Positions 7,285 through 16,704 of a stretch of 64,000 bases of DNA are shown piece by piece. This DNA is from Candidatus Microgenomatus sp. GTDB taxonomy: Bacteria; Patescibacteriota; Microgenomatia; UBA8517. Every line of letters starts with the position of its first letter. Within the stretch, counting starts at the first letter, position 1. The translations under genes were made by a program, and so were the position numbers. Location: contig DYGS01000001.1 in NCBI GenBank assembly GCA_020724585.1, positions 422,002 through 486,001 of the forward strand, written 5' to 3'. The notes under the pieces are model-generated. The model was not told where the DNA came from. It worked only from the letters and a program-made list of their open reading frames with translations, and searched no databases.

Positions 7285-7696
7285 CAAAGTTGGAGGGTGT
7301 TTTGTTTTAAAAAACTCAAATTGCTATTGTAATCTCAACTTTTAAAGTACTAAAATGCATATGGACTCAGTTTAATATGTTTGCGCTTTTTAGTAGCGCA
7401 ATCGGACAGTTTAGCGCAAGCATAACTGAGTCCACCGGTTGCGCTATTTAAGTTTTTAAAACAATTAAAACAGGCACAAAACAGAACTTTAAAAATTTTT
7501 GCATTTTGATTTGAACACATAACACAAAACGAAGTTCGGCAGGCACTTTTGTTAAGCGAGCCCCGCAGGGGCGAGCGAGAAAACACGCTGAAAATCAGTT
7601 CGAATTTTTTCGTAACAGATCACAATTTTGAATTTCTCAGACAAATATGTGGCAGGGTGGGGGCTGCCACATATTTTGCTTCATTGTCTGAATGTG

Positions 7697-7768
7697 TGAT
7701 CCCGAGAGGATTCGAACCTCTGACCATCTCCTTAAGAGGGAGTTGCTCTACCACTGAGCTACGGGACC
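7697..7768 (-). tRNA. tRNA-Lys(CTT)
   Basis: GGTCCCGTAGCTCAGTGGTAGAGC, loop ctCTTaa, GGTTCGAATCC. Confidence 0.95.
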
Positions 7769-7785
7769 TTAAATACCCTATTTTA

Positions 7786-9105
7786 TCAAAAACTAACTAT
7801 ACTTCCACTAAAAACATCCCCAATTTTCTCATCTGCTACAAATAAACCTAAATTGATGTCCTCCAGGGACTCCTGATCGGGATGTTTTAGCGTATAAACA
7901 ACCAATCCTGTCCTAAAAGGTTCCAGACTATTTAATGAAATATTTTGGATTTGGATGTTTTTGTTTGGGCCCTTTATTCTCAAGTCGTTTTCATACCAAA
8001 TTGCTTGACCAGTATTTTTGACCAAAACATAGCCTTTTTGTGACCTATTTTTAATCGTAAAAGGATTTAAAAAACTAAAAATAATTTTCCCATTAATTCT
8101 TTGTGTTGGTTTCCCTTCAACCTTTTTTAAATCTTTTATTTCTTGGTAAACTTTATAATAAGTATTTTCATCTTTCTTCCAAGAAAAATGATAGAATGGC
8201 TCGGTTAAATAATTTAGAATAAAAGGGGTAACAGCAACAATTTTATTATCGTTAGCCCAAACATTTTCAAAAGAATACTTAAAATTTTGAGAGATAGTGT
8301 CTTCGCTGTTTTGTTTATAAATCCAGCCCGTTTCTGTTATAAAAACTGGGAGTTCTTTTTTAACCCCCAAAGCAGATAAGTAGTCAAGCTCCCATTTGTA
8401 GCCTTTGATGCTTTTTCTTCCCGTATCTGTTGGCTTGCCCGAAAAGTTAGGATTGGGATACGAGTGTGAATTCCAACCATCAATGTAATTAAATAAATCG
8501 GGCTCTTTTTTAAGCATCCTCTTTAAAAATAGAGCCTCATCCATTGTTTTTGATGAATTTGGCGCAGATTGATCAAAACCCGCATTTAACACAAAGTAGT
8601 CTGAATTAGAATTTTTTAATTTGAGTGAAAACTCTTTTAAGAATGTTGCATATTCTTGAGGATTAATTTCCCCTCCCCATTCTTTAGAGTGGTTAGGTTC
8701 ATTAGCAATTATTATATATCTATTTAAAGTTACCCAGTTAAGAGAGTTTAAAAAAGATATCCAATTATCCATTTCTTCGTATTTTGGCTTTTCCCAATAA
8801 TTTTTGTCTTGATTATATTTTGTTGCTATTCTTAGTATTGGTATAAGTTTATTCCTTCTTAAATTATCAAAAAAATTCTGCAAAACTTCTTTGTCTCTGT
8901 CATTTTCAGTTAATACTATTTTTATATATCCCCATGAGCCATTGTTATTAACGATATCTGAAACATCCTTAAAATCAGATAAATTTACAACACCCATTCC
9001 ATAAATATTGTTGGGCACAGCCAAAGGGTTCGTGATAGCATGTGTCTCAAACGAGAAAATTATAAAAAGAAGAATAGCAATTATGATAATTAAAATTTTT
9101 TTCAT
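7786..9105 (-). CDS. Secreted clan GH-A glycoside hydrolase-like protein
   Basis: Signal peptide, NEPN acid/base motif, SHSYP, VFITETGW nucleophile motif. Confidence 0.8.
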   Translation of the reverse strand: MKKILIIIIAILLFIIFSFETHAITNPLAVPNNIYGMGVVNLSDFKDVSDIVNNNGSWGYIKIVLTENDRDKEVLQNFFDNLRRNKLIPILRIATKYNQDKNYWEKPKYEEMDNWISFLNSLNWVTLNRYIIIANEPNHSKEWGGEINPQEYATFLKEFSLKLKNSNSDYFVLNAGFDQSAPNSSKTMDEALFLKRMLKKEPDLFNYIDGWNSHSYPNPNFSGKPTDTGRKSIKGYKWELDYLSALGVKKELPVFITETGWIYKQNSEDTISQNFKYSFENVWANDNKIVAVTPFILNYLTEPFYHFSWKKDENTYYKVYQEIKDLKKVEGKPTQRINGKIIFSFLNPFTIKNRSQKGYVLVKNTGQAIWYENDLRIKGPNKNIQIQNISLNSLEPFRTGLVVYTLKHPDQESLEDINLGLFVADEKIGDVFSGSIVSF

Positions 9106-9111
9106 AAAGAT

Positions 9112-10032
9112 TTAATTTAGCAAGGAAAGCAGCTTATCTATGCTTTCTGGGTCATAAATTGATATATTTAATGAATTTTTGAATTTTGTTTTACTTGACA
9201 GCAAATCGGATTTGGTGATTAGAATTAGTTCGGGTTTTTTATCAAGCTGTTTGCCGTAATTTTTTAGTTCATTTCTAACTATTTTATAATCTTTATCAAA
9301 ATCCTCGGATTCACTAGAGATGCAATGAATGAGAACTCTTACTTTTTCAATATGCTTGAGAAACTTCGTTCCAAGACCCTTTCCTTTTGAAGCCCCGTCA
9401 ATTAATCCTGGTATATCGGCAATTATTTTTTTAGTTTTTGAAACAACTCCGATGTTTGGTTCAAGTGTGGTAAAGGGGAAATTACCAACTTTAGCATTAG
9501 CCCCCGTTAATTCATTAAGAAGTGAGCTTTTTCCCGAATTGGGCAGACCTATCAGTCCATAATCTACTACTATTTTTAAATCAAGAGTTACTTCATATTT
9601 ATCACCAGGCAAACCACCTTGAGCCTTAAGTGGAGTTGTGTTTCTGGAGTTTTTAAAAAAAGCGTTCCCATGTCCGCCAAGCCCTCCCTTGCACATTAAC
9701 TTTTTAATAGAGGGATTAACAAAATCATTTATTACCCAACCAGTTTGCTTTTCAATAACCTGTGTTCCTGTGGGTATATAGATAGTTAAATCGTTACCGT
9801 TTTTACCAGTTTTATTTAATCTATCTCCGGGATATCCATCTTCAGCTCTGACATGTTTTTTGGTTAAAAATTGGTTAAGAAGTCTTAAATCATTAACTGA
9901 TTCGAAGTATAAATCTCCGCCCTTTCCACCATCGCCGCCATCAGGACCTGATTTTTTGGCTTTTCCAAACGAAACTTTACCAGCACCGCCATGTCCGCCC
10001 TCAATTATTATATCTACATTATCAATAAGCAT
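9112..10032 (-). CDS. obgE: GTPase ObgE (short form)
   Basis: Gly-rich Obg fold GPDGGDGGKGG, GLPNSGKSS, PFTTLEPN, DIPG, TKSD. Confidence 0.95.
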   Translation of the reverse strand: MLIDNVDIIIEGGHGGAGKVSFGKAKKSGPDGGDGGKGGDLYFESVNDLRLLNQFLTKKHVRAEDGYPGDRLNKTGKNGNDLTIYIPTGTQVIEKQTGWVINDFVNPSIKKLMCKGGLGGHGNAFFKNSRNTTPLKAQGGLPGDKYEVTLDLKIVVDYGLIGLPNSGKSSLLNELTGANAKVGNFPFTTLEPNIGVVSKTKKIIADIPGLIDGASKGKGLGTKFLKHIEKVRVLIHCISSESEDFDKDYKIVRNELKNYGKQLDKKPELILITKSDLLSSKTKFKNSLNISIYDPESIDKLLSLLN

Positions 10033-10064
10033 TTTATGACTTGGAAAATAACGACATCACTATG

Positions 10065-10136
10065 TGTGTCCACCAGGAATCGAACCTGGAATTACTCCTT
10101 AGAAGGGAGTTGGTATATCCGTTTACCTATGGACAC
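10065..10136 (-). tRNA. tRNA-Arg(TCT)
   Basis: GTGTCCA/TGGACAC acceptor, loop ctTCTaa, GGTTCGATTCC. Confidence 0.92.
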
Positions 10137-10205
10137 AAATACCGAATTAAAGTTTAATACTTGAATATTTTACCACATTATCTATATTTATTATGCATAT
10201 TTTTA

Positions 10206-11258
10206 ATGAAAAATATCATAAACTCGCCCAATACAAGAGGTCTGATTGCCAAAATTAATCATAAAGGCGGTAGGCTCCCCAAAAAAGTAGCTATTTTGTA
10301 TAGCGATGCCAAAAGAAAATATTTTCCTACATACGAGCAATATTTAACAGAAAAAGAAGCTCGAAATGAAGCAGCGTCTTTTATACCCTATCTTAAAGAA
10401 CTAAATATAAAAACAGTATTGATTCCAGCCGATGCCAACATGGCAGAAAGAATTAAAAAAAGCAGATGTGATCTCGTCATTGATCTTGTTTGCAGCGTAA
10501 GAGGTTGTGAATATTTATCTACGACAGCTCCTGCCACTCTTGAGCTTTTGGAAATTCCTTTTACAGGAGCTTCAATGTTGGGATTTAACATCAGTATGAA
10601 TAAATATTTTACAAGAGAAATATTAGATTTAAATGGAATACCCGTGCCTAAATTTCAACTGTTTACATCTTGGAAACAAGAACTAAACAAGGATATGAAA
10701 TTCCCAATTATTTTAAAACTTAATGAGGCTCATGGATCACTAGAAATTACAAACGAGTCAATTATCAACGACTCAAAGGCTCTTAAAAAAAGGCTTAAAT
10801 ATTTAATGAAAACATACGATATGGATGTTTTGGCGGAAGAATTTATCAAAGGAAGAGAGATCGCGGCTTTTATATTCCAGTCCTATAACAAAAAGGTCTA
10901 TTTAATTGAAAGGGAGTTTGAAGGAGGAGAGAGTAGTTATTTGGATTTTCATACTGTTTGGGAAATTTCAGACGAAAATTATTTCAAAAAAGTAAAATTA
11001 AAAAAATATCACGATCCACTCCTTAACGCTCTGGTTAAGAGGGCTTTTTCTGTGGTTAAAATGGATGATTATGGAAAATTTGATATTCGAATGGATAAGT
11101 ACGGCAAATATTATTTTATAGACAGCAATCCAAATTGTTATTTTGCACCTCCAGAAATGCTTTCAGAAATTACTATGACTATGAAAATGTATGGGGTGCC
11201 TTTTAAACTGCTTCTAAAAAGACTTTTACAAAACACGATGAGGGAATGGGGCTATTAA
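10206..11258 (+). CDS. D-Ala-D-Ala ligase-like ATP-grasp protein
   Basis: LELLEIPFTGAS, NKYFT, FPIILK, EEFIKGRE, FDIR...IDSNPN. Confidence 0.8.
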   Translation: MKNIINSPNTRGLIAKINHKGGRLPKKVAILYSDAKRKYFPTYEQYLTEKEARNEAASFIPYLKELNIKTVLIPADANMAERIKKSRCDLVIDLVCSVRGCEYLSTTAPATLELLEIPFTGASMLGFNISMNKYFTREILDLNGIPVPKFQLFTSWKQELNKDMKFPIILKLNEAHGSLEITNESIINDSKALKKRLKYLMKTYDMDVLAEEFIKGREIAAFIFQSYNKKVYLIEREFEGGESSYLDFHTVWEISDENYFKKVKLKKYHDPLLNALVKRAFSVVKMDDYGKFDIRMDKYGKYYFIDSNPNCYFAPPEMLSEITMTMKMYGVPFKLLLKRLLQNTMREWGY

Positions 11259-11304
11259 AAAAATGTTACCCCAGCATACAATCAAAATCGTTTTCATGGG
11301 TTTA

Positions 11305-11903
11305 TTAATTTATCTCAAAATCAAATCCCTTTCCAAAATCAAAGGATTTTATACTTGGATCGAAATTTTTTCTTAGAAGCTCAGGTTCTTCAAAAAGAAT
11401 TTTTGCTTCTAAAAAAGTTTGAAAAATTTTTATGAAGAAACTATGACTGATAATTATATAAGTACCTTCTGGCAGTTTTCTATCTGGCCAAGTACTTTTT
11501 CCATTCTTTCTTTGATACTATGTAATGGCTCATCTAACTCATCCTTTTCAAATGCCTGTATAAAACGTTCTCTGACTAGGTTGCTTCCCTCATGCTCGAA
11601 TTCCTCATATGTTAGAAGTTGTTTAAGGTCAAATTTTACTTCTCGTAACAAGCTAGTAGGAAAAATTTCCCGACCCCTATTATATCCGCGAATTTTTGTG
11701 CGGTGGCTAAGCCACGAGTTAAATCCGAAGACAAAATTAACTTAATATTCTCGTTTGGTGGAGTCTCTACTTTTTCAACCTCTGCAATTTTGGGATCTTC
11801 GATCTGAAGCGTTATCAAAGAATAACCCTCATATTTCGAAAATCTATCCTCAAGTGTGGGGGTCGTATTTGAATATTTTTCTAACCAAAACTTCTTTTGT
11901 CAT
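11305..11903 (-). pseudogene. Histidine-phosphatase-fold pseudogene, paralog of the upstream gene, about 5 single-base indels
   Basis: Fragments ILSSDLTRGLATA, LLREVKFDLKQLL, RERFIQAF, IISHSFFIK align to 11900-12523; ATG overlaps the upstream TGA. Confidence 0.75.
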
Positions 11904-12523
11904 TTAAAATTTATTACTAAAGTTTCGAGTCTTCTGAGCGGCTCTTTAGTTGGCTGAAACATCTTAAGCAGTTTTTGTTTAGTTTTAAACATTTCATTGC
12001 CTATTTTGTGATATATTGAAAAAAGTTTGATAATGTAGGCATGCGATACAACAACTACTGCTTGGTTTTTGTGGTTCTTTAAGATTTTACCTGTTAACCT
12101 TTCAAAGCGTTTTTTTATTTCTTTATTTTTGTCGATTAATTTGTCTTGGAAAAAGTTGTTTATGAATCTTACTCTCAAAACTTTAAATTTATTATCTCCT
12201 AAACTATTGAATTCTCGCTCTGTAATTAAATTTTTTAGATTAAACCTAAGCGGTAAAAGATTTTTTGATACCACCATTTTCAAACCCAATTCTTGTGCAA
12301 TTACTTTAGCAGTTTCATTTGTCTGATGGCTTGGAGCTGAAAATATGACAGAGGGTTGGTATTTTTTTAGTGCCTTCGTGATCTTTAAAACTTCTTTCTT
12401 GGCATTCTTGACTAAATGGGGAAAGCGTTCTCCACTTGCGGCTTTTTCTATGCTTTTGTAAAGCGAGTGACCAGGAAGCGTATAACTAATTTCTCCGCTA
12501 GTCATAAATATTATTTTTGTCAT
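11900..12523 (-). CDS. Histidine phosphatase superfamily-like protein lacking the RHG motif
   Basis: IFSAP..QT.ETA and VVVVSH motifs; MTSG replaces RHG; start 12523 abuts the upstream stop. Confidence 0.7.
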   Translation of the reverse strand: MTKIIFMTSGEISYTLPGHSLYKSIEKAASGERFPHLVKNAKKEVLKITKALKKYQPSVIFSAPSHQTNETAKVIAQELGLKMVVSKNLLPLRFNLKNLITEREFNSLGDNKFKVLRVRFINNFFQDKLIDKNKEIKKRFERLTGKILKNHKNQAVVVVSHAYIIKLFSIYHKIGNEMFKTKQKLLKMFQPTKEPLRRLETLVINFK

Positions 12524-12524
12524 A

Positions 12525-13460
12525 CTATCCCTTAGGCAATGTTGAGATATCCAGTTCGATAAGTGGTAATTTATCGAGGTAATTTCCACTTGCAAGTTGT
12601 CTGGGATCATTTGGTTCACGAGTGATTCTGTCGTTCATCCAAGAAAAATTTGGTGTCCTATGGTTTGCCACGACCAATCTTTTTCCAAATTTTTCTCTCA
12701 TTAAGGATGCAAATGCCATATATTGTGCCTTTTGTCTGGCGATATGTCTAATGCCTTCGTCTCTTGTGACTGAACCCAAAAGTTTTTCTATCAATATCTT
12801 CCTCTCCCTGTAGTCAAGGTCAAGACCCCTAGCTATCCTGCCTTGGGGTTCGTTTTGGGCTTCATGTGTTAATCTATTCAGAAAATGATTGTAACGGTTG
12901 TACCAGATATCGAAGCCAAAATAATTTAAAAATCTTGCTGCAGCAGGAGTATCTCGGTATATATCTTTACCATAATTATCCACTACTTTTTGTGCAATCA
13001 AATTAACGCTTTCTTGAGACCTCCTTGTGAATTCATTGGGAGATATATTTAATTTTTTTAGGAATGGCAAAAGATCAAGTTCTGTATCTGCCATAAGAAA
13101 AAAATGAATTATTGGAACGCCAGTTATCATTAGGTCTTTTACCGCAGGAACTAAGTGATCAAAATGCCTCTGAATATTTGGTGATATTCCCGTTTCTAAA
13201 TCTTCATAGGTTGGTACACCATCAGCGTCCGCGCTATATGACGGGCAGACAGTGGAAACTAAAACCAAGGGCAAATCCTCCCTTATTGAATAGGCAACCG
13301 CCTCTTTGAGTAGAGTGTCTGGATAGTTTTTAGATACCTTGGGTAAGGGTAGGGAATCAAGAAAGTGTTTTGTAACTTCATTTAACCGACGGTTATCAAA
13401 CCCTCTTTTTAACAGAAGGTTTTGTCTGTTTCCTAAGAACTTTTCATTTTCTCTTATCAT
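12525..13460 (-). CDS. Uncharacterised 311-aa alpha/beta protein, possibly HUP/Rossmannoid fold
   Basis: Long ORF directly after a T-box terminator; motifs LVSTVCPSY, FFLMADTE, QKAQY; family not securely recognised. Confidence 0.75.
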   Translation of the reverse strand: MIRENEKFLGNRQNLLLKRGFDNRRLNEVTKHFLDSLPLPKVSKNYPDTLLKEAVAYSIREDLPLVLVSTVCPSYSADADGVPTYEDLETGISPNIQRHFDHLVPAVKDLMITGVPIIHFFLMADTELDLLPFLKKLNISPNEFTRRSQESVNLIAQKVVDNYGKDIYRDTPAAARFLNYFGFDIWYNRYNHFLNRLTHEAQNEPQGRIARGLDLDYRERKILIEKLLGSVTRDEGIRHIARQKAQYMAFASLMREKFGKRLVVANHRTPNFSWMNDRITREPNDPRQLASGNYLDKLPLIELDISTLPKG

Positions 13461-13465
13461 TTTTA

Positions 13466-13697
13466 TACAAAAACCTCGCCTTCACTCCGAAATACTCGGA
13501 ACAAGGGCAAGGTTTCTCGCTGTGCCACCTTGATCTTTACTAAATAATTACTTATTTAGTATCTGTAACCAACTTCGCCTAAGGCGACATTGGCCTAAAG
13601 TTTGATAACGATCTTTTTCCGGACTCGCTACTTTCCCTTGAAGGGATGATTCACGAGTCAGCTTCGATGAGTTCATTCCCTCATCTCAATCGCTTTT
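13466..13697 (-). promoter_or_regulatory. T-box riboswitch with ultrashort Stem I
   Basis: GA-motif stem GCGA..GATGAG[GGAATGAA]CTCATC GAAGC, Stem II with GAA/AGTA S-turn, TCGTTATC, T-box AAGGTGGCACAGCG, terminator with U tract. Confidence 0.85.
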
Positions 13698-13732
13698 AAT
13701 TATTGGTATTTTATAGGCAATACAGTTAGTTG

Positions 13733-14194
13733 TCAAGGAATTGGGTTAACATTCTCAAAGTAGGTTGTAAAACTGGCGATTAATTCTGTATTGGTTGTTG
13801 TACAAAAAACCAAGCCTTGTCCAAAAAATAAATGTTTTTTGTCAACAAGTATCATTCTTCTGTATTTTTCCACATCGAGGCTATGAAGGAAAACATAATT
13901 CGGTAACGAAATGTCTAATCTTAATTTCATAGCTTCAAAGTCATCCTTGGATCCAAAACCCAACTTATAAAATTTAACTCCGTTGTTGAGCTTCTGCCTG
14001 ACAAGTTCATGATACTCTTTAGATAAAGGTTTCTGTAATTCTTCTTTTAAGTCCATTGTCGCTAAAATTTGCATCTCAGAATTCCGAATAGATTCCATAA
14101 CAAAGTATTGTATTTCCTCGCGTGGAATGATAACTACTTCAGTGTTTTTCGAGGGGTCCTCCGGGTATATTGGTTCTTTAAATTCTTTGGACAT
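13733..14194 (-). CDS. Hypothetical protein resembling TrmB C-terminal/PLD-like effector domain
   Basis: 153 aa; I.NS..QILA, RMILVDKK..FF pattern; no HTH. Confidence 0.6.
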   Translation of the reverse strand: MSKEFKEPIYPEDPSKNTEVVIIPREEIQYFVMESIRNSEMQILATMDLKEELQKPLSKEYHELVRQKLNNGVKFYKLGFGSKDDFEAMKLRLDISLPNYVFLHSLDVEKYRRMILVDKKHLFFGQGLVFCTTTNTELIASFTTYFENVNPIP

Positions 14195-14233
14195 TTGTTG
14201 GGTATATTAGCACTTGATAGTAAAGAAATAAAG

Positions 14234-14284
14234 AAGCCCCATTCTTAAAACATTTGGATTGTGATCCAAAAAAGAATGGGGCTT
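14234..14284. terminator. Terminator-like hairpin downstream of tRNA-Trp
   Basis: AAGCCCCATTCTT...AAGAATGGGGCTT. Confidence 0.65.
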
Positions 14285-14291
14285 TTGTTTG

Positions 14292-14367
14292 TGGCAGGCG
14301 CGGCGAGATTTGAACTCGCAATTTCCGTTTTGGAGACGGACGGTTTGCCAGTTGCTCCTACGCGCCC
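14292..14367 (-). tRNA. tRNA-Trp(CCA)
   Basis: Loop ctCCAaa, AGTTCAAATCT T-arm, G73 and encoded CCA. Confidence 0.92.
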
Positions 14368-14609
14368 ACGCGACAAATTTTCAAATAACTCTAAAATTGC
14401 GCAAGTGCAAATTCGTTATTTGTAAATCTGTAAATACCCTATATTAATTTGCTAAATCTAAGGCTGGGTGATATACTCCCACCAAGCACTTTTACATTCA
14501 AAGTTGGCAGCTTTTTGCCTTTGATAAGTCAGTACTTTAGCACATTTTTCTAAAATATCAAAGGTTGGAAGCTGCCAACAAAATCTGTTATCCTAAAAGG
14601 AGAAGAAGA

Positions 14610-15635
14610 ATGAACACAAAACGGGTTCTTACTGGTATGAGAACGACGGGTCAGTTGCATCTTGGGCACTATGTGGGCGCTCTGAAGCAATGGGTTGAAG
14701 TCCAAAACACAGGAGATTATGATTGCTATTTCCTGCTGGCGGACATCCAAGCTTTGACGACACACGCAGACCGTCCCGAGCTTTTGACCACATCTGTTCG
14801 TGATGTCGTTCTCGACTGGCTGGCTGTTGGACTTGATCCAACACGGCCAAACGTGCACTTCGTTCTTCAGAGCCAGGTATCCGAAAGGGCGGAACTTTCA
14901 ATTGCCCTCTCAATGATTGCCGGCTACAACGAAGTCACGCGAAATCCCACCCTGAAAGCGGAATTAAAAGATCTTGGCAAGGATGCCACGATTGGCTTCA
15001 TTGCCTATCCGGTGGACCAAGTTGCGGACATCTATATGGTGTCTCCAACTCCACCCGAATCTGGCGATAAGCTGTTGGTTCCGGTCGGGGAAGACCAAGT
15101 TCCTCACCTTGAGTACGCAAGGGTACTAGCACGCCGCTTCAATCAGAAGTACGGCAAAGTGTTTGTTCCCTGCGAAGCTCTGGTGGGCGAAGTTGGAAGA
15201 CTTGTGGGAACTGATGGTCAGGCAAAAATGAGCAAAAGTAAGGGGAATACCATCAATCTTGCTGATGATGCTAAGACTGTCGAGTCCCAAGTCATGAAGA
15301 TGTTCACTGACCCTAAGCGTATCCGTGCAGATATGCCGGGGGATACCGTGAACAATCCGGTGTTCATCTATCACCGCGCTTTCAATCCTGACAAAGACGA
15401 AGTTGCAGATCTTGCCGAAAGGTACAAGAAGGGCAGAGTCGGAGATGTGGAAGTAAAAAGTCGTCTGGCAGCCGTCTTAAACAACTTCCTCGATCCGATC
15501 CGTGAGCGCAGGGCAAAATTTGAGCGCGAAGATCTACGCGAACTTCTTGTCAAAGGGACAAAGGCCGCAAAAGAGGCTTGTGTTCCCGTCATGCAATCTG
15601 TTCGCGAAAAGATGCATCTCGTCTATCCTCAATAA
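14610..15635 (+). CDS. trpS: Tryptophan--tRNA ligase
   Basis: TGMRTTGQLHLGH (HIGH), VPVGEDQ, KMSKS; SD AAGGAG before ATG 14610. Confidence 0.95.
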   Translation: MNTKRVLTGMRTTGQLHLGHYVGALKQWVEVQNTGDYDCYFLLADIQALTTHADRPELLTTSVRDVVLDWLAVGLDPTRPNVHFVLQSQVSERAELSIALSMIAGYNEVTRNPTLKAELKDLGKDATIGFIAYPVDQVADIYMVSPTPPESGDKLLVPVGEDQVPHLEYARVLARRFNQKYGKVFVPCEALVGEVGRLVGTDGQAKMSKSKGNTINLADDAKTVESQVMKMFTDPKRIRADMPGDTVNNPVFIYHRAFNPDKDEVADLAERYKKGRVGDVEVKSRLAAVLNNFLDPIRERRAKFEREDLRELLVKGTKAAKEACVPVMQSVREKMHLVYPQ

Positions 15636-15653
15636 ATTTGAAAAGGAGAAAAA

Positions 15654-16640
15654 ATGAAGACGAAACCTTTATGGCGCACAGCATTTTCGCTTGCGCTCCT
15701 CGCGGCAATCTTCTCCGCCGTCTACAAGGCAATGGACAACATCACGGTTCACAATTTCATTGTCGCAGATGACGGATTGACGCAAGCCTTTTCTTACCTG
15801 ATTGTGGGAGGATGGACCGGCGTTGTTTTCGGTCTGATTTTCTCTCTACTTTTGGGTAAGAAAATCATTGACGATGATTTCAACGGGCTTGTTTTCAAAA
15901 ACAGCACCATGCACTGGCAGGCCATAATCGCCGGCGCGATCTCTGCAGGAAGTACACTTTTCCTGCTCTGGGGAAACCAACTTGGCGACCCCAGCATGCT
16001 GATTGCGTTAGGAAGTGGAACCATCCTGTTCACGTCTCTCTACGACGTAGCAAGCAAGCAGGCAAGAACTAGTAATCTTGTCTATCCTGCGCTGCTTGTC
16101 TTGATTGGCAGTGGACTAGCCGCCTTTGGAGGATCACTTGCAGTAACCCTCACGGGAATTCTGTTTGTGGTTTTCCTCTCAAACGGCCTGAATGCTCTTT
16201 CTGAGATAGTGGAGCAAAAGGGTGTGAGGGCGAGCGATGGAGTAAACTTCTTCCTCTGGCGATTCTTTTGGCTGGCAACTACAGGAACTGTCTTGGCGAT
16301 TGTTGTATCGGGGCTGCGAGGTTATTTGGAAATGCTTTGGAGCACAGTAGCCTCTGCACTGAAATATATCCCGTTCATTGCCCTGACAATGTTCTTCGTT
16401 TTCCTGGGGATCGGCCTGAAGCTGGTTGCCAAGAAAGTCAGTGCCGTATCGATGGTGCTCATTGTTCTATCCGCCCAAATAATTCTGGGGTATCCGATCA
16501 CTTTGCTCGGAAACTGGGTTTTCCCCGGACTATTTGGAGAGATTCCTACCGAACTTTGGATCTGGGTAATCCGGCTGTTAGGTGCGATACTCATCATCTG
16601 GGCTATCCAACTCTTGCGAAAGCAGGATTCAAAGAAGTAG
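15654..16640 (+). CDS. Multi-pass membrane protein, DMT/EamA-like
   Basis: About 10 hydrophobic segments, SD AAGGAG, same high GC as trpS. Confidence 0.7.
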   Translation: MKTKPLWRTAFSLALLAAIFSAVYKAMDNITVHNFIVADDGLTQAFSYLIVGGWTGVVFGLIFSLLLGKKIIDDDFNGLVFKNSTMHWQAIIAGAISAGSTLFLLWGNQLGDPSMLIALGSGTILFTSLYDVASKQARTSNLVYPALLVLIGSGLAAFGGSLAVTLTGILFVVFLSNGLNALSEIVEQKGVRASDGVNFFLWRFFWLATTGTVLAIVVSGLRGYLEMLWSTVASALKYIPFIALTMFFVFLGIGLKLVAKKVSAVSMVLIVLSAQIILGYPITLLGNWVFPGLFGEIPTELWIWVIRLLGAILIIWAIQLLRKQDSKK

Positions 16641-16653
16641 CGAATACAAGTTT

Positions 16654-16704
16654 AAGGCGTGCCTTTCAATTTGGAGAAATCCGAAGCGAGAGGTACGCCT
16701 TTTT
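16654..16704. terminator. Terminator-like hairpin between convergent genes
   Basis: AAGGCGTGCCTTTC...GAGAGGTACGCCTTTT. Confidence 0.6.

Larger units (their letters stand above)
5876..7624. mobile_element. Putative non-autonomous element 2 with 76-bp terminal inverted repeats (1 mismatch)
   Basis: 5876-5951 is the reverse complement of 7549-7624; ends TGTG...CACA; no transposase inside. Confidence 0.85.
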
